Virus record (IMG/VR): IMGVR_UViG_3300027499_000002
Length of the DNA: 60,294 bases
Strand: one strand, 5' to 3'
DNA from: a virus
This document shows, piece after piece, positions 1 through 9,464 of this stretch (its first letter is position 1; the number at the start of each line of letters is the position of its first letter). A program made the position numbers and the translations under genes. Under the pieces are notes generated by a model. That model was not told the origin of the DNA. It worked only from the letters and a program-made list of their open reading frames with translations, and ran no database searches.

Positions 1-127
1 GCCAGAGGGCTAGTTGTCGGGCTAGGACGCTAACTCAGAAATCCGGTGGCAATATTTCCGGGAATTTCGGTGTCCAGGAAATCGATTTTTTCCTGCCCAG
101 GGCGCTCGGTCACGCGGGGGCTGCTCC
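1..127. repeat. 127-bp terminal redundancy identical to 60168..60294 (circular junction / assembly overlap)
   Basis: The first 127 nt equal the last 127 nt base for base. The ORF starting at ATG 60032 reads in frame through the junction into 3..752. Confidence 0.9.
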
Positions 128-752
128 TTACATTCCGACCGAAACAATACTGAACTGGTACGCACTGGTCCAAAAAGTCGCGGCGATTTACCAGTACAAC
201 AAACTTCGGATCAACTCGCTTGAAATCTCGGGCCAGGAATCGCAGTACCTAAACTGGACGGTTGCGTGTGTCGGTGAGCTTGAAGAGGTGTTCGGATCAA
301 GCTATCCGGCTACTCCGGTCCCTGAGTGCGGGACGGCATTCGTGCTTTCTGATTGCACCCTGACCTACGGTGCAACGGCGTACAAAATGCAATCGTTCAC
401 GCTGTCGATCGACAACTCCCTGGATCCGAACCAGTACGAAAACTCGCTGACTCCTACGAGGTTCGAGTCCCAAGACCTGATCGTTCAGCTATCAGTGCAG
501 ACGGCGTTCCGGTCGGATACTTTGGCCCTTTACGATGCAGCTCTGGCAGGTGCTGAGGCATCGCTGGCGGTGACGGATGGAACGACAACGTACTCGTTCA
601 ACTTTGGGAACTTGAAGTACATGAGCGGCGGTCCTACGGTCCCGGGTCGGGGACGAATCAATCAGGCTCTGACGTTCGAGGCCCTGCGAAAAACGAACAT
701 CTTGACGACCACGGCTGATAACCAAATTCACGTTACGAAGACCGTCGTATAG
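3..752 (+). CDS. major tail tube protein, C-terminal part (gene starts at 60032 and wraps the junction)
   Basis: The frame is open from the window start and is in phase with ATG 60032 once the 127-bp repeat is collapsed. It lies directly upstream of the chaperone, frameshift and tape-measure genes. Function is assigned by position only. Confidence 0.5.
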   Translation, partial: QRASCRARTLTQKSGGNISGNFGVQEIDFFLPRALGHAGAAPYIPTETILNWYALVQKVAAIYQYNKLRINSLEISGQESQYLNWTVACVGELEEVFGSSYPATPVPECGTAFVLSDCTLTYGATAYKMQSFTLSIDNSLDPNQYENSLTPTRFESQDLIVQLSVQTAFRSDTLALYDAALAGAEASLAVTDGTTTYSFNFGNLKYMSGGPTVPGRGRINQALTFEALRKTNILTTTADNQIHVTKTVV

Positions 753-779
753 CGTCACGGATTCAAGCGGCTATACTCA

Positions 780-803
780 GGGGGCTTTCAGTCCCCTTTT
801 TTT
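780..803 (+). terminator. possible weak intrinsic terminator after the tail tube gene
   Basis: A short GGGG/CCCC stem (781-784 / 793-796) is followed by a T7 run (797-803). The stem is only 4-5 bp. Confidence 0.35.
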
Positions 804-815
804 ATTGAGGTTGCC

Positions 816-1199
816 ATGAGTGGTTGGAAAGATCCGTTGATTCGGGCCGGTGTTGCGTGTCCTGCATTCGTGAAGGAAAAGGAAGGTTTGTATCCTTCGT
901 TTTTCTTCCGGTATCGTCGACCCGGGCCGGTCGAGTGTGAGCATCAACACAAGCAGTTCTCGGCATGCACCGGCGATCCTGACAAGCTGGTCGCAACCAT
1001 GCAGGCGTTCGTCGCGGCTTGGATCACTGAATGGTCGGTGAGCGATCCTTGCGATGCGGCTCACGTGAAAATGCTGACGCATCCCCTGTTGCTCAAGATC
1101 TATTTCATCATCGTTCAATCGGACCCCTCGGCCGAGATTCCTGCTGAGTTCCTCAACGCTGGCGAAACCGGATCGGCTGAGGGCGAGCAAAAAAAATAG
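816..1199 (+). CDS. tail assembly chaperone (lambda G-like)
   Basis: This 127-aa ORF lies between the tube and tape-measure genes. It ends GAG CAA AAA AAA TAG on an A8 run. Confidence 0.6.
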   Translation: MSGWKDPLIRAGVACPAFVKEKEGLYPSFFFRYRRPGPVECEHQHKQFSACTGDPDKLVATMQAFVAAWITEWSVSDPCDAAHVKMLTHPLLLKIYFIIVQSDPSAEIPAEFLNAGETGSAEGEQKK

Positions 1200-1597
1200 C
1201 AACGGCATTTTCGCTGCGGCTGGTCAACCCTTCACTGGCGGCTCGGTCCTGCGATATTTGCCGACAAATCATGTTCGATGAAGAGTCCGGCCAGCCGATC
1301 AAAGCCAGGGATGGCAAAGGCTATGCGAAGCGGACGCACAAAACCCCTTGCGATGCTTCGATCGGGTGCGCAAAGGGCCACTACAATGACAAGCCAGACC
1401 TGAATCCGAGCCAAGAGGCTGTGATCAGTCTGTACTTGGCATCGAGGGCAAGCGGCGGTGCAATGCTCAACGAAGCCGAGCGACGCGATTGGTGGCTTGC
1501 TGAGACGTTCGGCCAACTTCGAGAGATCGAGGAACGAGTGAATAAAAACACCATGGAGAATTTAATCCTCGGAATGGGAGCTGCTTTCCATGGCTGA
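816..1597 (+). CDS. tail assembly chaperone -1 frameshift fusion product (lambda GT-like)
   Basis: A -1 slip on A_AAA_AAA (1189-1196) enters the frame of ORF 1271..1597. I checked that frame codon by codon and it is open from 1187 with no stop. The product ends 8 nt inside the tape-measure gene. Confidence 0.55.
1189..1197 (+). other. slippery sequence for programmed -1 frameshift (A AAA AAA T)
   Basis: An A8 run lies immediately 5' of the zero-frame TAG (1197-1199). Confidence 0.55.
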
Positions 1598-3869
1598 GAA
1601 TGCTGAACGTGGGGTGATATTTACACTCAAGGCCCAGGTCGACGCGCAAGCGAAATCTGCCGTCGATAGCTTTTTTGCATCGCTGACTGAGGCATCAAAC
1701 AACGTCAGTTCTGCGACCGAAAAGGTGGTCAAGACTGCTGAGCGATCGGCTGAGGAAATCGTAAAGTCTTGGACGAGTGCTTTCGATGCGGTCAACACTT
1801 CTGCAAGCCAAGTCAAACAAGACGATTCGGCAATCCAAGCGTTCCTCGCTAAGAGCGGCGAAGCCTATGAAGCGTTTACAAAATCGCAGGCTGATCGACT
1901 GCAAAGGCTGACGGATGCTGAGTCTCAGAATCGCGACGTTTCGGCTATGTCGTTGGCTGAACTTCTCAACGAGCAGAACAGTCGGACCGAATCAGCCTAT
2001 GAGCGCGACAAGCGAACGGTCGATGAAGCTCTAGCCAAAGAATTGCAGGCAATGAATGCCTACTTTGCGGCTGTCGAAGCACTTCGAAACAAGGCTGCAA
2101 ACCAAGCCGAAGAGCTGACAAACGAAGAAATTGAGGACGTCCAACGGCTCGAAAAGGAAGCTGTCGACGCCACTCAGAACCGACAAAAAGCGGATGAGCG
2201 TTTTTTGAAGACGACCGGGGACGAAAGGAAACGACAGGTCGCAGAGCAAATCGGGGAAATCCGAAGGGTCGCAGTCGAGCAAGAACGAATGGCGGCTGAG
2301 GCTGGAAGGAGAAACGAACAAATCGGTGCTTCGGTCGGTCGAGTGGTCTCGGCATTCTCGGAAGGATCCGAGGCCCTGATGCGGTTTGCCAACGGGTTCA
2401 AGTATCTCGGCTTGGTCGGGGAAAAAGACCTGCAAAAGCTGACCGATGCTTTGTTGACCATCCAGGGGACGACTCAGGTATTCACCGGGGCAATCCGGCT
2501 GGTGAGGCAAGCAAGCGAAGGGTATGACGCATACCGAAAGGTAGTGCTGCTGACGGCTGATGCTCACGTTGCATTGACTGCGGCTCAGAGTGCTTCGGCT
2601 GCGTCGGGAGCGGCTGCGGCTGCTGGTGCTGGTGGCTCGACGATGGGCCGGATGGCAACTGGCGCTGCTGGTATCGGAGCAAGGCTCGGCATGGCTGCTG
2701 AGACGGTCGGTATTGCTGCCGGGGGTGCTGGCCTGACTATCTTTGCCGGTGCGTTGGCTGCTGCGTCTGGTGCGTTGTTCGCTACGGTTTCGGCTGTGGA
2801 TACGTTCCGCAATGCGTTGAAGTTTGGTGCTGGCGGTGGGGCTGCTGAGGGTTCGATCACTCAGTCGATCGGTACAAACAGCATGAATCCGTTCGCTCGG
2901 GCGATGGGGACCGGATCGGCTATCGAGGCTGGCTCAACTGTGGCTCGGGGGTTGCTCGACCCGTTTAACTTGTTCGGGCTTAAAGGCAAAACGACAAGCG
3001 AAAAGCAAGCCGAGGATGAAAAGAAAAACATCGATCGGTTGGCTCAAATCCAGGCAACCCGAGCAGAGCAGCAACGACGTGACGAAGAAGACTTGAACAA
3101 GATCGTCTCGGAGCGATCGGCGATTGAAATGCAACGGGCGGCAACCGAGCGGGAAACGATGCAACATCGGCTCGGCGCCATGGCTGCTGAGGAACGTCGG
3201 GCCAGGATCGTTGAAGAGATTTCCTCGATCGAAAAGGATAGTTCGCTTTCGGCAGAACAACGCGCCAAGCAGATGATTCAGTTCTCAATGCAACGGCTTT
3301 CGGTCGAGCGTGAAATCTCGGCCGAGCGGATGAGGTCTGCCCAGGAGACTCTTGCGGCTGCAAAGCAGGAACTGCAAACCAAAGAGCAACAATTAAAATC
3401 TGCCCAGGATGCGGCTTTGTCTGCCCAAGAACGATTCGGTTTACTGAGCGCAGAAGAACAGCAACAGTTGCTTGCATCCCAAAGGCAATTTGCGGCTGGG
3501 GCTCAGGGTGTCGGGGTCGAAGACCTCCGGAAGCTTCGCGGATTCTCGGGCGCGATGGATGAGCAGATTGCATCCGAAGCAAGACGACGGGCTCAGGCTG
3601 CTGGGTTTGGAGCGTTCCAGGCCGAGGACTTGAAACGCATTCAGGGACTGGAAGCTGAACGGCAACAAATCGAGGTCAAGGTCAAGGCGCAAGCCCAGGT
3701 TGTGGCTACCTTGGAAGTCGACGCTAAAAAGGTGGCCGCTGAAATCAATAAGCAAATCGATGCTCAGTACGGTATCATCCTCAAGACAATGGCCGAACAG
3801 ATCGGCATGACCAGCGCGAAGGTCAAAGAGCTTGAGGACGGGATGCGAAATCGATTCACGAGGATCTAA
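1590..3869 (+). CDS. tail tape measure protein
   Basis: 759 aa. Coiled-coil E/A/R/Q-rich ends flank a Gly/Ala-rich hydrophobic core (AAGAGGSTMGRMATGAAGIGARLG...). It follows the G/GT pair. Confidence 0.8.
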   Translation: MAENAERGVIFTLKAQVDAQAKSAVDSFFASLTEASNNVSSATEKVVKTAERSAEEIVKSWTSAFDAVNTSASQVKQDDSAIQAFLAKSGEAYEAFTKSQADRLQRLTDAESQNRDVSAMSLAELLNEQNSRTESAYERDKRTVDEALAKELQAMNAYFAAVEALRNKAANQAEELTNEEIEDVQRLEKEAVDATQNRQKADERFLKTTGDERKRQVAEQIGEIRRVAVEQERMAAEAGRRNEQIGASVGRVVSAFSEGSEALMRFANGFKYLGLVGEKDLQKLTDALLTIQGTTQVFTGAIRLVRQASEGYDAYRKVVLLTADAHVALTAAQSASAASGAAAAAGAGGSTMGRMATGAAGIGARLGMAAETVGIAAGGAGLTIFAGALAAASGALFATVSAVDTFRNALKFGAGGGAAEGSITQSIGTNSMNPFARAMGTGSAIEAGSTVARGLLDPFNLFGLKGKTTSEKQAEDEKKNIDRLAQIQATRAEQQRRDEEDLNKIVSERSAIEMQRAATERETMQHRLGAMAAEERRARIVEEISSIEKDSSLSAEQRAKQMIQFSMQRLSVEREISAERMRSAQETLAAAKQELQTKEQQLKSAQDAALSAQERFGLLSAEEQQQLLASQRQFAAGAQGVGVEDLRKLRGFSGAMDEQIASEARRRAQAAGFGAFQAEDLKRIQGLEAERQQIEVKVKAQAQVVATLEVDAKKVAAEINKQIDAQYGIILKTMAEQIGMTSAKVKELEDGMRNRFTRI

Positions 3870-4597
3870 TGATTTTACAAGTCGGGCCAGTCACACGGCC
3901 AAACAATGAAGCGGTAGTGGTCCCAAGCTACACTCCGATTTATGATCTGACCAGACGGGTCGAAGCGATGCGTATTCGTTGGGAAATCACCGGGCGCGTC
4001 GTGAATTATCCGGTCGCTACGCAAGCGATCACTTCGACACAAATCAGAGAGCTTGAAGCTGCTTTTAAGTCGACAAATCCAAGGTGTGCTTTGCTCGGGG
4101 ATGATCGGTCTGCTACTCCCTACTTGCTCGATCCAGGGCAATTGCTGCAGGGTCCGTACTTGATTGACTATTCGTTTCCGACTTCCGAGGCTGAGGTCTA
4201 TGCAACCGGACTGGCGTATCGGGTTTCGATAGAAGGCGTCCAGTATGTCGGGACTGGTGGTACTGACCTGATTTCATTCTCAGAAGAGCTTACAGAGGAT
4301 CCGGGCGGGACAACTTACGTTTATGTCGGAGGGGCAGTCAACCTTGCAGAGCGACAGGTTGCTTTTCAGCAAAAAACCTACAGGTACGTGCAAAGCGGGT
4401 CGGCTACTGGACTGCTGGCGTACCCTGTCATTCCACCCCCTATTTGGCCGTTCGCATTACTCGGCGCCCCAAGATGCGTTCTCCAGAACCCGATTAACCA
4501 GGGTACGATCAATACCGGTTTTCCTGTAAGCTGGGAGTACAACTACGAGTGGCCGGTCAAACTTTACGGGATTCCCCATCGAAACAATCGAGGCTAA
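3869..4597 (+). CDS. distal tail protein candidate (by position)
   Basis: 242 aa with a TAATG overlap onto the tape-measure stop. No motif recognised. Confidence 0.35.
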   Translation: MILQVGPVTRPNNEAVVVPSYTPIYDLTRRVEAMRIRWEITGRVVNYPVATQAITSTQIRELEAAFKSTNPRCALLGDDRSATPYLLDPGQLLQGPYLIDYSFPTSEAEVYATGLAYRVSIEGVQYVGTGGTDLISFSEELTEDPGGTTYVYVGGAVNLAERQVAFQQKTYRYVQSGSATGLLAYPVIPPPIWPFALLGAPRCVLQNPINQGTINTGFPVSWEYNYEWPVKLYGIPHRNNRG

Positions 4598-4600
4598 ATC

Positions 4601-5839
4601 ATGGCAACAAAATACTGGGTCGGTCGGGCTGCTTCGGTCACACAAATAACGAAGGTTGTTTTTTCTTCGATCGTTTCGACGAACACGTATTCGGTGACGA
4701 TCAATGGCAAGACCGTCAGTGCTGTTGCTGCATCAACCTCGCTCGGGGATTTGATCGACGCTCTGGTCAATGCTTGGAACAGTTCGGCAGAACCGGAACA
4801 TCGGGAAATGCTTGCGGCTCGACGGGAGGATCCAACGCTGTCGGGCTTGCAACTGACTGGAATCAACCCAGGCGTACCATCGACGGTTACCGCGGCAGCA
4901 ACAACCGGAACGGCAACGGTAACTCAACCTGCTGTGGCAAGCGGTCCGAACTTTTGGAACGTGGCCGGCAATTGGCTCGGTGGTACTCTCCCCGCGGCGG
5001 CTGACGATATCGTGGTTCGAGATTCCTCGGTCTCGATCCTGTACGGACTGACCGATACGAACAACTACGCAAGCCTGAAAATCGAATCGAGCTTCACCGG
5101 AACGATCGGACTCCCGGACACGAATGCAGTCGGGTATCCAGAATACCGAACCACAATGCTGACGCTCGGCACTGGCTCAGCGATCGTGGTCGATCTTGGG
5201 TATGGTGTGGGTGCGTTTTCTGGACGCATCAGGCTCGATGTGCAGGGCTCTAACGTGACCTATACCGTATCGGGCGCGGGGTCAAACTTCGGTGCTGCGT
5301 TCCCGTTCGAGCTTCGCAATCCTGGGGCCGGTTCAACGGTGCGAGTCTATGCCGGTGGGGTGCTGGTGAATTCTTCGACGACCGGAACGGTGGCGGCTCT
5401 CGATGTGATCCAACGGGATACCGTGGCCGCTGCGCCACAAGTAAGCATCATGCCGGAAATCACCTGCACAACGATCGAGGTCTACGGTGGGACTCTGTTG
5501 CTCGAAGGATCGGCAACAACGCTCATCGCTCGGGAGCGTGCTCAAGTGACGGTGGCAAGGGCGGCTGCGGTCGGGACGGTCAAAGTATCGAGCCAAGCTA
5601 GGATCAATTGGGATTCTTCCGGAGGCATCACAACAAAGCTTCACGTTGAGCAGGCCGGTACGATCGACTTCGGGCGCGTGGGGACTTCGAAGACCGTGGC
5701 CGCTTGCGATCTTTTCGCTGGGGGTGCGTTGCATGACCCATTGGACAACATCACGTTTACCGCTGGCGTGGTTCTCCAAGCTTGCAGAATATCCGATGTG
5801 ACGATCGATCTAGGGGTCGGAGTGACCATCAATGGCTAA
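4601..5839 (+). CDS. tail tip protein, beta-helix-like repeats
   Basis: 412 aa with a G/T/V/A-rich repetitive beta-strand pattern and an N-terminal YWVG...NW...GG..P motif. It sits in the tail module. Confidence 0.35.
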   Translation: MATKYWVGRAASVTQITKVVFSSIVSTNTYSVTINGKTVSAVAASTSLGDLIDALVNAWNSSAEPEHREMLAARREDPTLSGLQLTGINPGVPSTVTAAATTGTATVTQPAVASGPNFWNVAGNWLGGTLPAAADDIVVRDSSVSILYGLTDTNNYASLKIESSFTGTIGLPDTNAVGYPEYRTTMLTLGTGSAIVVDLGYGVGAFSGRIRLDVQGSNVTYTVSGAGSNFGAAFPFELRNPGAGSTVRVYAGGVLVNSSTTGTVAALDVIQRDTVAAAPQVSIMPEITCTTIEVYGGTLLLEGSATTLIARERAQVTVARAAAVGTVKVSSQARINWDSSGGITTKLHVEQAGTIDFGRVGTSKTVAACDLFAGGALHDPLDNITFTAGVVLQACRISDVTIDLGVGVTING

Positions 5840-7730
5840 CGCGCCTCAGGGTACTTTCCAGTTCGCCGGGGTGTTCGCCGAGGGGGAGTTCCAGGTCCAT
5901 CGGTCCGGATCAACGTTGCCTGATACGATCACGGCTCAATTCACTCTAAATTCGGTGATACCTCAGTACGGGGATATTCGAGTCGCGTACGGGAATCAAT
6001 CGATCACGATTCCTGGATGCCGAGTGGTTCGAGCAGAAGTCCAGGGCGGTACTTCGGGCCGGTACCGTGAAGTGCAATTCGAGGATCGACGCTGGCGATG
6101 GCAGTATGCGTATGCGTTCGGGAACGTGAACATCGAAAGCATTCGACTGTTCAAATCCAGTGCAAACCGAGTTTCTGCCGTCGAAGTGATTAACCTGCTG
6201 CTTGGGATAGTCGGTGAGCAAAACGCGCAGTTGTCACCGCCGAATGCGTTTGGTCAGTTGTCTTTCGATAGCTACGGTAACGTCGACAAATGGAATCCAT
6301 ATTCCGAGCCTCAGCACTTTGACGGCCGGACTGTGGCTGAATGTCTCGATGAGGTCTTGAGCTTCTACAACGCTCGGCTTTATCTCGGATGGGACAATCG
6401 AGTTCGCATTTTTGTGCCAGGGTATGGGGCCAACATCCCGAACGATATTCGGGTTATGGACTACACGGTTTCGGTGACTCCCCCTGTCGTGCCTGAGTCG
6501 GTTGTTTTTGAGTTCGCCGACACGACGTTCACAAATGATTTTGTGCTCAAAGCCGTTGGGTACAAATGGGACACGGCGGCAGAGAATCCAAGCACTTCGC
6601 TGGTCCCGATCAATGAGTTAAACTACGGGCCGCTAAACCCAACTACGAACAAAGTCGATTGGACCTACTCTGACCCTCCGCTGTTCAATCGCATTCAGGA
6701 CAAAAAAATCCGGGAACTTTGCAGGCGCACTATTTTCAAGCTGTACCGAATCGATTCGTCTAAGCGGGTTTCCTTGCTGAACCCTTTTCAAAATGCCAAT
6801 ACTCAAGGGCTAGGTCTGGATTTTAATCCGGAAGATTTTGTCCTGGATGATGCGTTGTATGTCGACCATCCGCTCTCGCAATCTTTCAGGCAACCTCAAA
6901 AACCGACTGCATGGAAAAATGCCGGAATTGACGCAGACTATCAGCGATGCAGTTTTGATGAGGACTCTCGAAACTATATGGTGATGGGGTACTTTGCAGA
7001 TAGGACGATCCATCAGACAAATAACAACGTTGCTATTCCAGCAAACTACCAAATGACGGGTCAAGAGTTTGCTGCATTCGATGAGCCGACCTTGCGTACC
7101 AACTTTCCAAAGAGCGTCTACAACGGATCGTTTGAATTTGATGCTCAGGAACGATTGGTCAAGCTTTCGAATGCGTTGGTGTTCATCAATCGCAATCAAA
7201 CTGGGGCAGTGCAACAGGCAACCTATCAGCCTGCAAAATTGCTCTTAAGGGCAAGCCATCGACTTCGGAGGCGTGCTGACTTTGAATTCCTGAGGGCAGT
7301 GATTCCGTTTCGGCTCAACAGTCCTCTTTCGGTTCCTGGCATGGTAGAAAAAATTAGGATCGACGATCGGTTATTGTTCGATCGATTCTATGGGGTGACG
7401 ATACCAGAAATCCAAACCAGAATTCAGCCTTACCTTGCCAACTACGTCGCATCGAAGACGGTATCCGAGTCGGCTACGGTCCCGATGAAAGGATTCGCGT
7501 TTGACATTTCCCCGGACGGGAATATTCCAACGGTTTCGTTCTCCAGGAACTCAGCAGGGCAATGCACAACAAGCGTGCAATGGCAGAAGGAAAACCCGTC
7601 GATTTTCCCGATGTACGATGAACTCAGTGGGGCTCAACGATCGAGAGCAACATCAAGAGCAGTCGCTAGGAATCAAAAAAAGCAAGCTTCACAAATTCAA
7701 AAGTTCTTGACCAAAAAGGGGCTTGTCTAG
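5832..7730 (+). CDS. tail hub / tail-associated protein candidate
   Basis: At 632 aa it is the largest ORF after the tape measure, and it overlaps both neighbours. Confidence 0.35.
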   Translation: MANAPQGTFQFAGVFAEGEFQVHRSGSTLPDTITAQFTLNSVIPQYGDIRVAYGNQSITIPGCRVVRAEVQGGTSGRYREVQFEDRRWRWQYAYAFGNVNIESIRLFKSSANRVSAVEVINLLLGIVGEQNAQLSPPNAFGQLSFDSYGNVDKWNPYSEPQHFDGRTVAECLDEVLSFYNARLYLGWDNRVRIFVPGYGANIPNDIRVMDYTVSVTPPVVPESVVFEFADTTFTNDFVLKAVGYKWDTAAENPSTSLVPINELNYGPLNPTTNKVDWTYSDPPLFNRIQDKKIRELCRRTIFKLYRIDSSKRVSLLNPFQNANTQGLGLDFNPEDFVLDDALYVDHPLSQSFRQPQKPTAWKNAGIDADYQRCSFDEDSRNYMVMGYFADRTIHQTNNNVAIPANYQMTGQEFAAFDEPTLRTNFPKSVYNGSFEFDAQERLVKLSNALVFINRNQTGAVQQATYQPAKLLLRASHRLRRRADFEFLRAVIPFRLNSPLSVPGMVEKIRIDDRLLFDRFYGVTIPEIQTRIQPYLANYVASKTVSESATVPMKGFAFDISPDGNIPTVSFSRNSAGQCTTSVQWQKENPSIFPMYDELSGAQRSRATSRAVARNQKKQASQIQKFLTKKGLV

Positions 7731-8383
7731 TGTTCCTCGATCTACAAGTACCCTACGCATTCAAGAACCAGACCGGGTATGAGATACCCCCCTACGGGGT
7801 GGTAGTCATCACGGGCGCGACGGTCCAAGAGGGTGAAATTGTATTCTCGATTCGCAGGCCAACGGCAAGCGACGAGATCGACCAAGAACCAGCAAGCGTT
7901 CTGTTCAACGGCATCCAGCCTGTACTGAACAACCTCGACGGCGTTGGAACACGAACCCTGCCGGTGCAAGCTTTGATCGAGCAACCATCCTCGGACCATC
8001 CAAGCGGTCTTGCTGTTGGCCTTAAGGCTGATTCGTTCGCTCTGGCCGAAGGTGGAAGCTGCTTTAAGATCTTGGCGAAAGACTTGACGGACCCTCATAT
8101 TCAGTCCGGGCATGGGGTGTACTTCGTCGAGGCGTATCATGGTCAAACAGATTTTTACATAGGCAAAAGCACTTCGGGCATACTAGGGCGCGTCGGCACT
8201 CAAATGTACAAAAGCGGTATCACTATCTACCTTGAGAATTCTGCTGGCGTGTTGTCTGTGCGTACTGGTGACAACTTCGTTGGGATCCAAGCCTACAACA
8301 TTGCAACGGAGGCTGTTTTGGAAAATGGCTGGATAAAAATCTGGCGAGTCGGGAAAAGATACTACTGCCAAGGGCTATGCTAA
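7730..8383 (+). CDS. hypothetical tail-module protein
   Basis: 217 aa with a GTG start overlapping the upstream stop (TAGTG). Confidence 0.35.
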   Translation: MFLDLQVPYAFKNQTGYEIPPYGVVVITGATVQEGEIVFSIRRPTASDEIDQEPASVLFNGIQPVLNNLDGVGTRTLPVQALIEQPSSDHPSGLAVGLKADSFALAEGGSCFKILAKDLTDPHIQSGHGVYFVEAYHGQTDFYIGKSTSGILGRVGTQMYKSGITIYLENSAGVLSVRTGDNFVGIQAYNIATEAVLENGWIKIWRVGKRYYCQGLC

Positions 8384-9435
8384 TGGGCTGCAATAATGAC
8401 TGTGCTTTGTGCTGCTGCTGTGGTCCCGGGGAGCTTGTCGAGCTTCCGGACTACTACTGCCGGTTTCACTCGATACTGCCGGTCGAAGGCTTCAACTACA
8501 ACTGTACCGACACGACGCGTCAGTTCATGAACTGGGAGCTCACCAAGCAAAAGGCCGATGAAGCTACGTCTGCTTTTTTCTCGCTGCTGGCCGACAACTA
8601 TTATGCGTACCAAGCAGCAACGGAGTTCAGACGAGACGAAGACGTTTCATGTTTTATAAGCTATGGGACGTTTTTTAATCCGTACTATCAGTACGGGTAT
8701 GTTTGCTTTGATGGTGGGTCTGGTGAGTTTGAAACAACAGGATGGAAAGAAATTGAACGACTTCAATACAGATGTAGAGATTTTTCCTCGCTAGGCAACC
8801 CCTTCAAATGCATCAGGTCGCAAACCTGGGCTCGCATTACCTATGACACTTCGTTGCCGAAAATAAAAATCACTCGATGCAAGGTTCCGAACGAAGCGTG
8901 CGAATCAGAGGTATCAGCAGAAGAAGATCTATCTGTCGGTGATTGCGGATACTTGGTGGTAGCTACGATAGATATTTGCTACAAGATCGAAACGCAATCA
9001 TACTTTTTTACAGGTCAACCGAACGCTCCCTGTAGTGACCTTCCGGACTTTTACGATACGCCGACCGGCACGATAACCACTGTGGCTCAGGGTACAGTCT
9101 GTGTGACTCGCTCTAAAGTGTTCAAGAGCTTAAAAAACGATCCGTCGGACCCTGATAGAATTTATTTTGAGCTTAACGATTCAGACAGCGCGATCGATTG
9201 CTGCAAAGATTGGCCAAGTCCATTCCTGCGGTTGACTTCACCTCTCGGAAAGCCGGAGGACTGGAATGACGACAATTTTCGTTGCTCATGCGAAACGAAA
9301 ACATCGTTCGAGATCAAAGGAGATGAATGTGTTGACCTGTCCGGTTTGATTTGCTCGGACGATTATATTTGCGAGCGCGATGGATGGATTCTTCAAACGC
9401 CAGCAGGGAAGCTTTGGAGGTTTTGGTGGCAATAG
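8377..9435 (+). CDS. cysteine-rich tail-module protein
   Basis: 352 aa and very Cys-rich, including N-terminal MGCNNDCALCCCCGPG. No known domain recognised. Confidence 0.4.
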   Translation: MLMGCNNDCALCCCCGPGELVELPDYYCRFHSILPVEGFNYNCTDTTRQFMNWELTKQKADEATSAFFSLLADNYYAYQAATEFRRDEDVSCFISYGTFFNPYYQYGYVCFDGGSGEFETTGWKEIERLQYRCRDFSSLGNPFKCIRSQTWARITYDTSLPKIKITRCKVPNEACESEVSAEEDLSVGDCGYLVVATIDICYKIETQSYFFTGQPNAPCSDLPDFYDTPTGTITTVAQGTVCVTRSKVFKSLKNDPSDPDRIYFELNDSDSAIDCCKDWPSPFLRLTSPLGKPEDWNDDNFRCSCETKTSFEIKGDECVDLSGLICSDDYICERDGWILQTPAGKLWRFWWQ

Positions 9436-9464
9436 TTACAATCGGTGGTACTCACGTAAGATCG

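Noticed and set aside
1966-3755. Many 60-200-aa minus-strand and off-frame ORFs inside the tape-measure gene (and similar ones inside the portal fusion, the coiled-coil gene 40078 and others)
   Set aside because: These are typical shadow ORFs of repetitive, GC-rich coiled-coil coding sequence. They are P/R/S/A-rich and lack start contexts.
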